A DNA stretch of 33,573 bases, from positions 1 to 33,573 of the forward strand of contig DASUUD010000152.1 in the NCBI GenBank assembly GCA_036374255.1, in the 5' to 3' direction. This document shows, in pieces, positions 24,935 through 32,553 of this stretch (position 1 is the first letter of the stretch; each line of letters starts with the position of its first letter). The notes beneath the pieces are model-generated. The model had not been told where the DNA came from. It saw only the letters and a program-made list of their open reading frames with translations, and ran no database searches. The position numbers and the translations under genes were made by a program. Origin of the DNA: Solirubrobacterales bacterium. Its GTDB lineage: Bacteria > Actinomycetota > Thermoleophilia > Solirubrobacterales > 70-9.

Positions 24935-25683
24935 CCGATGTAGCCCTGCACTTCGCGCCCCATCCCGACGACGAGCTGATCGGGGCGCCGGCCACCCTGA
25001 TGGCGCTCCGCGACGCCGGGTTCACGATCGTCAACGTCGCATGCAGCCTGGGCCGGCCGGGCCAGCACGCGCGGCGCGAAGCGGAGCTGCAGGAGGCCTG
25101 CCGGCGAGCGGGTTTCGAGCTGCGCCTGCCCGAGGAGCCGGTCTCCATCTCCGGAGACGTGGATGAGCAGACCGCGCAGGCGGAGCTGACCGCGCTCGTG
25201 CTCGAGGCGCTTGCCCGGGAGGAACCGCGCATCGTCGTCTCGCCAGGGCCGGCGGACCGCCATCACGGGCACCGCCTCGTCGCTCTCGCGGTGCGCGACG
25301 CGATCATCGAGCATGGCACCTCGGATGCTGCTCCCCGCTGGTGGATGTGGTCGCTCTGGGGCTCGCTTCCGCAGCCGACGATCGGCACGCGCTTCGGCGC
25401 AGGGCGCCTCGAGGAGATCCTCACCGCCCTCGCGGCCCACCGGGGCGAGCTGGCGCGCAACGACTACCGCCGCTTCGTCCGGGCGCGGGCCGAGATGAAC
25501 GCGAGCCTGGCCGCCGAGCTGCTGTTCGGCTTCGGGGCGCCGGTCCCGACCGACATCAGCTACGTCGAGCTGCTCACCGAGGTGGCGCTGAGGGGAAGCC
25601 GCTGGATGCTCGGAACCCCTGGCTGGCTCGACCCGGAGGACCCTCTCCAGGAGCCGAGCGGCGTCGAGGCGGTCCTCGACTAG
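24931..25683 (+). CDS. PIG-L (LmbE-like) family deacetylase; start codon unresolved
   Basis: The in-frame sequence upstream of the first ATG (25000) encodes VALHFAPHPDDELIGAPATL, the family's metal-binding HPDD motif. Only CTG codons (24898, 24931, 24946) are available. The 5' coordinate is set at the CTG overlapping the upstream TGA. Confidence 0.7.
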   Translation: MTDVALHFAPHPDDELIGAPATLMALRDAGFTIVNVACSLGRPGQHARREAELQEACRRAGFELRLPEEPVSISGDVDEQTAQAELTALVLEALAREEPRIVVSPGPADRHHGHRLVALAVRDAIIEHGTSDAAPRWWMWSLWGSLPQPTIGTRFGAGRLEEILTALAAHRGELARNDYRRFVRARAEMNASLAAELLFGFGAPVPTDISYVELLTEVALRGSRWMLGTPGWLDPEDPLQEPSGVEAVLD

Positions 25684-26450
25684 CGCACCCTGCAGAAGCG
25701 GGTCAGCCTGGTGTCGAAGACCTGGCCGTTGGAGAAGACGAACTTGCCGCGGATGAAGGTGAACGGGCCGCCGCCGAAGCCGGGCGGCGCGGCGCAGCGG
25801 GCGCTGAGGTAACTGCGCGGCTTGCCTCCGAAGCGGAACCTCCTGTCGAAATGGAGCGAGAGCTCGCTGACGTAGCCGAGGTCAGAGGCGATCGAGGGGA
25901 TGGTTGCGGTGAACACGGTGCCGAAGCCGCCGCGCTGCGGTCGCAGGATGCGGAAGGTGAGGACGATCGTGTTCGTCACCGGCCGCGAGCCGTAGATGTG
26001 GAGCAGCAGCACCGGGCGGCGCCCCTTCCTGGCGTTGAAGGCGAGCGTCCTGCCCTCCACCGGGAACTCGGCGTTGGAGAAATCGACGTTGGCGCGGAAT
26101 CGTCCCCGCCCGACGAGCGCTCGCCCGCAGCGCGCGATCGCATCGGCGCTGGTCGTCGACTGGAGCTGCCCCGGCTCGCAGGTCGGAAGGCCGCGGGTGA
26201 ACACGCGCCCGTAGCGGTTTACGCCGATCGAGAGGCGGCGAAGCTCCGGCGGCCTGCTCCCGTCCACCGACGCCAGCGACCCCGAGAACTGGACCCGCAC
26301 CGGCGCCGCGTGATCCCGGGGCAGCGTCTTGGGGGTGAAGCGGCCGGTGAAGTTGAGGCGCAGGTTGCCTCGCTGAAACAGCTCGGCCTGGGCCAGCCCG
26401 GCACCGAGCAGGATCGTGGCAAGCGCCCCTATGCAGGCAATACGTCGCAT
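25680..26450 (-). CDS. Secreted protein of unknown function, paralog 1 (four conserved Cys)
   Basis: Signal peptide MRRIACIGALATILLGAGLAQA. Clearly homologous by eye to the product of 27864..28646. No domain I recognise. Confidence 0.75.
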   Translation of the reverse strand: MRRIACIGALATILLGAGLAQAELFQRGNLRLNFTGRFTPKTLPRDHAAPVRVQFSGSLASVDGSRPPELRRLSIGVNRYGRVFTRGLPTCEPGQLQSTTSADAIARCGRALVGRGRFRANVDFSNAEFPVEGRTLAFNARKGRRPVLLLHIYGSRPVTNTIVLTFRILRPQRGGFGTVFTATIPSIASDLGYVSELSLHFDRRFRFGGKPRSYLSARCAAPPGFGGGPFTFIRGKFVFSNGQVFDTRLTRFCRVR

Positions 26451-26488
26451 CGCTACAGCCAGTCTAGGTGGGGGCGGCGGGTGCGAAG

Positions 26489-27775
26489 TTAGGGTTTCGA
26501 GAGGACTCCGGACATCGCCTTCAGGCCGATGTCCATGCCGCGCCAGAAGTTGCCGCCGTGGAACGGCTCTCCGCGGCCGAATCGCCAGGGAACGGAGAAC
26601 CCCAGCATCTTCTTGCCGAGCCGCCAGGCCTTCGAGGTCCCGACCCTGTAGTCACCGTCGGAGTCCAGGCGGACCTCGATGGGGCGCTCCGGATCGCCGG
26701 TCAGCCGCAGCGGAACCTGGGCAAAGGTCGCCTTGTCGTACTGCTCCATAACGCACATGCTGACCGGGTCGAAGCTGACCTCGGGCTGCTCCCCGAGCAA
26801 CTCAGCCGCCAGGTGGGCTGCCGCGGCATCCGCCTGCAGGAAGGCGAGGAACGCCTGCTTGACCGGGAAGTCGCCGGCATCGCCGACCGCGAAGATGTTG
26901 CTGTGGTCGATCAGCCGCCGGCTGCCCAGCTCGGTGGCGAGGAAGCCGCGCTCGTCGGCCGCGAGGCCGGGGAACTGGGTCGACGCGACGTAGGGCGGGA
27001 AGGCGACCAGCAGGTCGTACTCGAGCTGCGTGCCGTTCCTGTAGGTGACGGCTCCGGGATCGACCCGCTCTACCACCCAACCCGAGTGGCCCTCGATTCC
27101 GCGCCGCTCGAACTCGCCGGCCGCGACCTCGTGCAGGCGCGGGCCGAAGGCCTGGATGAAAGTGGTCTCGAAGGTCGACCAGGTGATCTCGACACCCTCG
27201 CGCGCCCCCTTGCGCCGCAGCCAGGTGTCCAACATGAAGACGATCTCGTACAGGGGGCCGGCGCACTTGTTGTTGGGCGGGACGAGGAAGAGGACGCGCT
27301 TGCGCTCGGCGGAGCCATCGCCCGCGAGCAACTCCTCGAAGGCGCCGCGCAGCCGCAGCATGTCGTCCAACTCCCAGGTGCTGATCGCGTGCTCGGCCAG
27401 CCCGGGGACCTCCTCGGCCCGCATCCCGGCGCCGGTCGAGACGACCAGGAAGTCGAAGGGAAGCGAGCGGCCGTCCAGCTCCACCGTGCGCGCATCGGGG
27501 TCGATCCCGTGGGCGCGGGCCTCGATCAGCTCGATTCCCTTGCGAGCGGCCGGCCTCGCCAGCGGCACCCTCAGCCGCTCCGGGTCGAGCCCGAAGGGCA
27601 CGTAGATCGAGTTGGGTTTGAAGACGAAATGATCGCGCTCGGAGACAAGCGTGATCCGCACCCGGTCGCCGGCCACCATGCGCAGGTAGAAGGCGGTCTC
27701 GAGGCCGCCGAAGCCGCCACCCAGCACCACCACGCGGGCGGCGGCAGATCCGGCATTCGGCGGGGCGCCTTGCAC
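26489..27775 (-). CDS. NAD(P)/FAD-dependent oxidoreductase, sulfide:quinone oxidoreductase (SQR)-like
   Basis: RVVVLGGGFGGLETAFYL dinucleotide motif, NNKCAGPLYE block, IFAVGDAGDF second GD motif and an amphipathic C-terminal tail. GTG start at 27775. Confidence 0.8.
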   Translation of the reverse strand: MQGAPPNAGSAAARVVVLGGGFGGLETAFYLRMVAGDRVRITLVSERDHFVFKPNSIYVPFGLDPERLRVPLARPAARKGIELIEARAHGIDPDARTVELDGRSLPFDFLVVSTGAGMRAEEVPGLAEHAISTWELDDMLRLRGAFEELLAGDGSAERKRVLFLVPPNNKCAGPLYEIVFMLDTWLRRKGAREGVEITWSTFETTFIQAFGPRLHEVAAGEFERRGIEGHSGWVVERVDPGAVTYRNGTQLEYDLLVAFPPYVASTQFPGLAADERGFLATELGSRRLIDHSNIFAVGDAGDFPVKQAFLAFLQADAAAAHLAAELLGEQPEVSFDPVSMCVMEQYDKATFAQVPLRLTGDPERPIEVRLDSDGDYRVGTSKAWRLGKKMLGFSVPWRFGRGEPFHGGNFWRGMDIGLKAMSGVLSKP

Positions 27776-27863
27776 GAGCAGAAGTTCTCAGCTCGGTACC
27801 ACCGGCCGCATCCGCAGCCCGCCGCGCATCGAGGTCGGTGGTTCCCCGCAGGCGCCGGCGCGC

Positions 27864-28646
27864 CTACCGGCTCACCCTGCACCTCCCGGTCACAACCCGG
27901 CTGATCACCCTTCCGTCAGCGAGGTGATAGGTCCCTTTCGCAGCCGCGAACACGGCGCTGCCGAATCCCTTCGGGGCCGGGCAGCTGGCGGTGATCAGGC
28001 TGTGCTTTTTGCCGCGGTAGGTGTATCGGCGGTGAAGGTTGAGTTCGAATCCCGTCACGTGCCCCCAGTCTTCGCCGACGTTGGGCAGCAACAGCGACAT
28101 GGTGGTGTCGAAGGCCCCCGGGGCGGACCTCTGGAACCTGAGGGTGAGCACGTTGGAGGTTGGCACCGGTTCCCTGCCGAAGATATGGGCGAGGATGACC
28201 CGGCGGCCTTTCTGCCGGGAGAAGAAGGCGAGCATCCGCCCGCGGGCGGGGAAGGGCGCCTGGCTGGGGATCGCGATGTGGGCGCTGAACCGACCGGAGC
28301 CGACCACTGAGTCGCGGCAGGCGGCAAGCGCCGCGGCGGACGTGCGCGCGTCGATTGCGCCCCTGCGGCAGGCCCGCAGCCCCCGAGTCGAGACGTTGCC
28401 GAAGCGGTTGATCGCGATGGTCAGCCGCCGCAGCTGCGGCGGGGGTTTGCCGTCCGTCGTCCAGAGCCTTCCCTTCAGGTGCAGGGCGACCGGGGCCGGC
28501 TCGCTGCGCGGCAGGGATCGCGGCTCGAGCCGGCCCTTGAAGGTAGCGCGCACGTTCGCCCCGCCGAACACGTCGGCGTCCGCAACCGATGCGGCGAGCA
28601 TCGCCGCCGCCGCGACGACCAGCACGACTCTCCTCACTCCCCGCAT
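27864..28646 (-). CDS. Secreted protein of unknown function, paralog 2 (four conserved Cys)
   Basis: The internal ATG at 28646 gives the signal peptide [24 protein letters not shown]. The upstream track extension overlaps the yjbQ-like gene. Shared blocks with paralog 1: LPR..APV, LRRL(S/T)I..NR(Y/F)G, TRGL, VG.GRF, GR.LAF, KGRR, P.GFG, CRV. Confidence 0.7.
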   Translation of the reverse strand: MRGVRRVVLVVAAAAMLAASVADADVFGGANVRATFKGRLEPRSLPRSEPAPVALHLKGRLWTTDGKPPPQLRRLTIAINRFGNVSTRGLRACRRGAIDARTSAAALAACRDSVVGSGRFSAHIAIPSQAPFPARGRMLAFFSRQKGRRVILAHIFGREPVPTSNVLTLRFQRSAPGAFDTTMSLLLPNVGEDWGHVTGFELNLHRRYTYRGKKHSLITASCPAPKGFGSAVFAAAKGTYHLADGRVISRVVTGRCRVSR

Positions 28647-28719
28647 TACGGTCACGATAACGCCGCCGCGCCGTGGACCCATCGGGTCTAGGGTTCGTCC
28701 TGTCGCAAAGGAGGAGAGA

Positions 28720-29181
28720 GTGAAGTCACACACCGCGTACATGACCTTCGAGACCCGTGAGCGCCGCGAGCTGATCCGGATCACCGAGGAGGTGCAGGCC
28801 GCGGTCGACGCGGCCGGGATCTCCGAGGGCATGGTCCTCGTCTCGGCGATGCACATCACCGCCGGGGTTTGGGTGAACGACGACGAGCCGGGTCTCCACG
28901 AGGACACGCTCGAATGGCTCGACAAGGTGGCGCCGCCGAGCTGGAAGCCGGCGGCCGATCGGGTGGCCGAGGAATTGCTGCCCGAGGGCGGCGACTACCG
29001 CCACCACCGCGGGGGCGAGGACAACGGCGATGCCCACTTCAAGAACCTGCTGGTCCACCACCAGGCGATCGTCCCCGTCACGGATGGACGCCTCGACCTC
29101 GGCCCCTGGCAGCAGGTCTTCTACTGCGAGTTCGACGGGCGGCGGCCGAAGCGCCTGGTGATCAAGGCGATGGGGGAGTGA
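28720..29181 (+). CDS. YjbQ/UPF0047 family protein (secondary thiamine-phosphate synthase-like)
   Basis: [39 protein letters not shown]...[39 protein letters not shown] matches the UPF0047 pattern. The GTG at 28720 is preceded by AAAGGAGGAG. Confidence 0.85.
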   Translation: MKSHTAYMTFETRERRELIRITEEVQAAVDAAGISEGMVLVSAMHITAGVWVNDDEPGLHEDTLEWLDKVAPPSWKPAADRVAEELLPEGGDYRHHRGGEDNGDAHFKNLLVHHQAIVPVTDGRLDLGPWQQVFYCEFDGRRPKRLVIKAMGE

Positions 29182-29228
29182 GAGTCCGTTCCGTGCTCTG
29201 CCGCGGATAGGGGGAGAACACGGAAGGA

Positions 29229-30095
29229 TCAGCTGTCGCGGGGGCCGTCACCGGGGTGCGTGACGCGTTCGGCGCGCTGGCGCACCTCTTCGGCGGCTTC
29301 GCGGGTCGCTGCGACCGCCTCCTGGGTCGCCGCGGCGACCCCCTCGCTCGGCTTGCCGCCGACGATGTCGCGGAAGGCGTTCTTGAAGCGCTCGGTGCGG
29401 CGGTCGGGCCGGAATCTGGCCTCGGCCTTCGCCTGCTTCGCAGGGCGCCGCTCGCCGTAACGGCGCCGCGCCCAGGGCGAGCCTGGCTTGCCGATCCGGA
29501 TCGCGCCGTAAAGCGCCACCGGGAGGAAGAAGAAGCCGATCGTCCCGTGGAGCATCCGTTTCTTTGCGAAGCAGATCGCCACGATCCCGAAGACGATCGC
29601 AGCGGCGAAGATGCTGCCGAGGGTGTGGTCGAGCGAGTCGGTCTCGAAGCTGAACGGGCTGAAGCCGAGCAGAACCAGGCCCATCGCCGCGGCGGCGATC
29701 ACGGTCGCGTCGATCGAGACGCGACCCTCCTCGGCCCAGTAGACGTCCTCGAGGTAGATCCAGAGGGCGAACTCGTCGATGGTCAGCCCGGCGCCGACCC
29801 CGAAGAGGAGGGCGCAGATCTCCGCCCAGGGACTGTCGCCGAGCACGGTGAAGCCCACCGTCCCGGAGATCATCATCGTGACGATCCCGAACACGAGGTG
29901 ATGGAGGTGGACGCCGCTCTCGCTGACCACACTTCCGGGCCACCAGGGCACGCGGGGGCTTCGCATCAGCCGCGTGCTCATCCGGATGAAGGCGAAGGAG
30001 AGGATGAAGCCGACCAGGACGAGGAACAGACCCTGCTTTTCTTCGTCCAGTATCTGGTCCTGCCAGAAGTCGGCGAATATCGAGGCGGTGCTCAT
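29229..30095 (-). CDS. Polytopic membrane protein, unknown function (HLHHLxxG / TIDEFALW motifs)
   Basis: About 6 hydrophobic segments and a charged helical C-terminal tail. The ATG overlaps the upstream stop (ATGA). Confidence 0.7.
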   Translation of the reverse strand: MSTASIFADFWQDQILDEEKQGLFLVLVGFILSFAFIRMSTRLMRSPRVPWWPGSVVSESGVHLHHLVFGIVTMMISGTVGFTVLGDSPWAEICALLFGVGAGLTIDEFALWIYLEDVYWAEEGRVSIDATVIAAAAMGLVLLGFSPFSFETDSLDHTLGSIFAAAIVFGIVAICFAKKRMLHGTIGFFFLPVALYGAIRIGKPGSPWARRRYGERRPAKQAKAEARFRPDRRTERFKNAFRDIVGGKPSEGVAAATQEAVAATREAAEEVRQRAERVTHPGDGPRDS

Positions 30096-30841
30096 GCGCG
30101 GACCGGGGACGAGTGTAGCCGGGGGCCCCGGCCCTCCTTTTCCCTGATCAGGGTGACGGTGATCAGCACCGCGGCGACCGCGAAGAAGGGCGTGAGGGCG
30201 AGGCTGGTCAGCACCTCCGAGAGCCAGTGGGAGATGAATACGTCGCCGAGCAGGTCGTCGGAGAGCCTCGTCGCGACCCCGGCGATCGACTCACCCACGA
30301 TGCCGATCGGCAGCAGCACCGAGAGCACCGTCCAGAACCTGCGGCGGACCAGTCGCACGCTGCGGGTCAGGGCGGCTCGCACGCCTCGGCCCTCGATCTC
30401 GACCACTGGTGCGGCCAGGGCGAGCCAGACGAAGACGGCGAGGCCGGGCAGCACGAGCAGGAGCACGCCGATCGCCACCAGCACGCCATAGATCACATCG
30501 ACGGCGATCAGCCGCCGGTAGCGGATCGATCGGGCGATCTCGCGCAGCGAGGGAGGTCGGTCGTCGTGGCTGTGGGTGAGCGATGCCGCCACCACGCCGG
30601 TGTAGAACACCTCGCCCAGCAGGCTCGAGATGCCGAGGACGAGCAGGACGCCCCCGGTGCCGATCAGGGTCAGGAGGCTCTCGCTGCCGAAGTCTTCGAG
30701 GTCGGCGTTGACGGTGAGCGCGTTGATCAGGCCGAGCGGGACGAAGACGATCAGCCCCAGCAGCAGCAGGGACGGCGCCCAGCGCCGGTAGATACGCCAG
30801 ATCCCGAGGTAGGCGCCGCGTGGCGTCAGCCGCTCGTCCAC
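30092..30841 (-). CDS. Polytopic membrane protein, unknown function
   Basis: 249 aa with about 6 hydrophobic segments. The GTG start lies 1 nt after the upstream TAG, and the stop overlaps the downstream ATG. Confidence 0.7.
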   Translation of the reverse strand: MDERLTPRGAYLGIWRIYRRWAPSLLLLGLIVFVPLGLINALTVNADLEDFGSESLLTLIGTGGVLLVLGISSLLGEVFYTGVVAASLTHSHDDRPPSLREIARSIRYRRLIAVDVIYGVLVAIGVLLLVLPGLAVFVWLALAAPVVEIEGRGVRAALTRSVRLVRRRFWTVLSVLLPIGIVGESIAGVATRLSDDLLGDVFISHWLSEVLTSLALTPFFAVAAVLITVTLIREKEGRGPRLHSSPVRA

Positions 30842-30842
30842 G

Positions 30843-31175
30843 CTAACGGCGCCGCCGTCTCCCGGCCGGCCTGCGGCCGCGCTCCTCCAGCTTCGAGCGC
30901 GAGGACTCGCCCGCGGGCACGCGCTTCACCTCGCGCAGGTCGGGCAGCAGCAGCTCTTCGGCGCAGCGCCGGTGCCAGTGATGGTGTTCGGTCCCGCCGA
31001 GGCGGAGCACGTACTGGGCGACAACGTGCTCGGTGCCTATCTCGATCTCCCCGTGGCAGCCGGGGCAGCGGTACAGCTTCTGGGAGATGCTGCGGATCAG
31101 CCAGGCCTCGTTGCCCTCCTCGTCGTAGCCCCTCAGGCTCCAGCGGATGCTGGGCAGCCCGGCGCTGCCGCTCAT
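30843..31175 (-). CDS. Small putative zinc-ribbon protein with Arg-rich tail
   Basis: Internal ATG at 31175 of track ORF 30843..31643. 110 aa with YRCPGCHGEIE ... HHHWHRRC (CxxC plus H/C cluster) and a C-terminal RGRRPAGRRRRR. The ATGA overlaps the upstream stop. Confidence 0.65.
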   Translation of the reverse strand: MSGSAGLPSIRWSLRGYDEEGNEAWLIRSISQKLYRCPGCHGEIEIGTEHVVAQYVLRLGGTEHHHWHRRCAEELLLPDLREVKRVPAGESSRSKLEERGRRPAGRRRRR

Positions 31176-31570
31176 CGTTGCGCGGAGAGCCAGGCGAAGC
31201 CCGCGGCCATCGCGAGGTTGGCCACCCCGGCCAGGCGCAGGCCGAGCTTGGCGCCCGGCCTGCTGACCGCCGGGGACTCCGACCAGAGGGCGTCGGTGGC
31301 GATCTCGGTCCCGCGCAACCAGGCCAGGGCCCACCAGTCGCGCCGCTCGCCGCGCGCCGCCGCGATCGTGTGGGCCGCCGCGAAGGTGAGCCAGATGGGG
31401 CCGCAACGACGGAACAGGTGCTCGGCGTCGGGGGAGGGCTCGTCGTGCCCCAGCACGCGCAGGGTGGCCGCCGGGGCCGCGATCGCTGCCGAACCGAGGA
31501 TCACGTCGAAGGCGATCATGTTGCGGTTGGTGAGGAGGAGCGCGTGTTCCAGGGTCATGTGCAGGTGCAT
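31172..31570 (-). CDS. Small membrane protein, unknown function
   Basis: 132 aa with 3-4 hydrophobic segments. It is first in a tightly coupled four-gene string. The start is the ATG at 31570 or 31558. Confidence 0.55.
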   Translation of the reverse strand: MHLHMTLEHALLLTNRNMIAFDVILGSAAIAAPAATLRVLGHDEPSPDAEHLFRRCGPIWLTFAAAHTIAAARGERRDWWALAWLRGTEIATDALWSESPAVSRPGAKLGLRLAGVANLAMAAGFAWLSAQR

Positions 31571-31618
31571 CCAACCAGATCGGAAGGGAAAGCAGGCGGT
31601 CCGGCGAAATGGACCGCC

Positions 31619-32470
31619 GTGACCAAGACCGCGACGAAACCACCCCAGCTCAAGAGTCTTTCTCAGTACATCCAGGAACGGTTCGACGAGTTCTCGCGCT
31701 CACAGAAGGACGTCGCCCGCTACATCGTCGATCACCTCGACGAGGCTGCTTTCCTCACCGCCGAGGAGCTGGCCAGGAGAGCGAGCACCTCGTCATCCAC
31801 GGTGGTGCGCTTCTCCCAGGCCCTCGGCTTCGAGGGATACCCCGAGCTCCAGCAGGCCGCGATCGAGGAGTACCGAAATACGGCGGTCTCCAACGGCTCC
31901 ACCGCCTCCGGCGCTCTCTTCTCTTTTGATCACACGGAGCTGGAGGGGTCGCTCAGCGCCGATCACTCGAACCTTGAGGAAACCGCGCGGAACCTGACCC
32001 GCGAGCAGGTGGACGGGGCGGTCGCGGCGCTCGCCGAAGCGCAGCGCGTGGTGGTCGTCGGCGTCGATCAGATGGCCTTCTTCGCCAGCTACCTGCGACA
32101 CATGCTCAGCCTCCTGGACATTCAGGCCGAGATCGTCGCCAGCACCGGCGGCGAGTCGCTGCAGCGACTGGGCCGGATCGACGAGGAGACGCTGGTCATC
32201 GTGCTCTCCTCGGGGCGAGCCCACCCGCTGCTGCTGCGGGCGATGAAGCTCGCGCTCCACCGGCGGGCTCGCACCCTGGCGATCTCCGACGCCTCGATGT
32301 CGGAGGTGGGGGAGCACGCCGAGCAGACGCTCTACTTCTCCTCCAACAGCCCCTCCTTCGTCCGCTCCAGCACCGCGCTGATGGCGCTCGTCCAGGCGCT
32401 GGCCCACGGGCTCTACGCGCGGGACGAAGCGGCCCACAAAGACCGCATCCGGGCGTTCAAACTGAAGTAG
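31619..32470 (+). CDS. MurR/RpiR family transcriptional regulator (HTH_6 + SIS domain)
   Basis: [57 protein letters not shown] is the HTH, followed by a SIS-like [17 protein letters not shown]...LVIVLSSGR. Only the last 283 or so residues of the 747-aa track ORF are credible. The GTG at 31619 is chosen; 31559 and 31565 are alternatives. Confidence 0.8.
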   Translation: MTKTATKPPQLKSLSQYIQERFDEFSRSQKDVARYIVDHLDEAAFLTAEELARRASTSSSTVVRFSQALGFEGYPELQQAAIEEYRNTAVSNGSTASGALFSFDHTELEGSLSADHSNLEETARNLTREQVDGAVAALAEAQRVVVVGVDQMAFFASYLRHMLSLLDIQAEIVASTGGESLQRLGRIDEETLVIVLSSGRAHPLLLRAMKLALHRRARTLAISDASMSEVGEHAEQTLYFSSNSPSFVRSSTALMALVQALAHGLYARDEAAHKDRIRAFKLK

Positions 32471-32473
32471 CGC

Positions 32474-32500
32474 GCCTGCGTCCCGATACCACCCGCAGGC
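32474..32500 (+). terminator. Weak candidate hairpin after the RpiR gene
   Basis: GCCTGCG (32474-32480) and CGCAGGC (32494-32500) form a 7-bp stem with a 13-nt loop, starting 4 nt after the stop. No U-tract. Confidence 0.25.
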
Positions 32501-32553
32501 ACAAGCCACGCTGCCGGCCGGTAGGCACGCCTGGCCACGTAAGATGCGAAGCG

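Noticed and set aside
24938-24943. ATG-TAG start-stop mini-ORF between the zincin and PIG-L genes
   Set aside because: It is out of frame with the PIG-L gene and encodes nothing. It may be coincidental. It is noted only because it is the sole ATG near the missing start, and there is no evidence that it functions.
30227-31618. N-terminal 460 or so codons of the 747-aa track ORF 30227..32470
   Set aside because: This part is antisense to three well-supported membrane or zinc-ribbon genes and has R/G/P/A-rich junk composition. Only the C-terminal HTH+SIS part (from the GTG at 31619) looks like a real protein.
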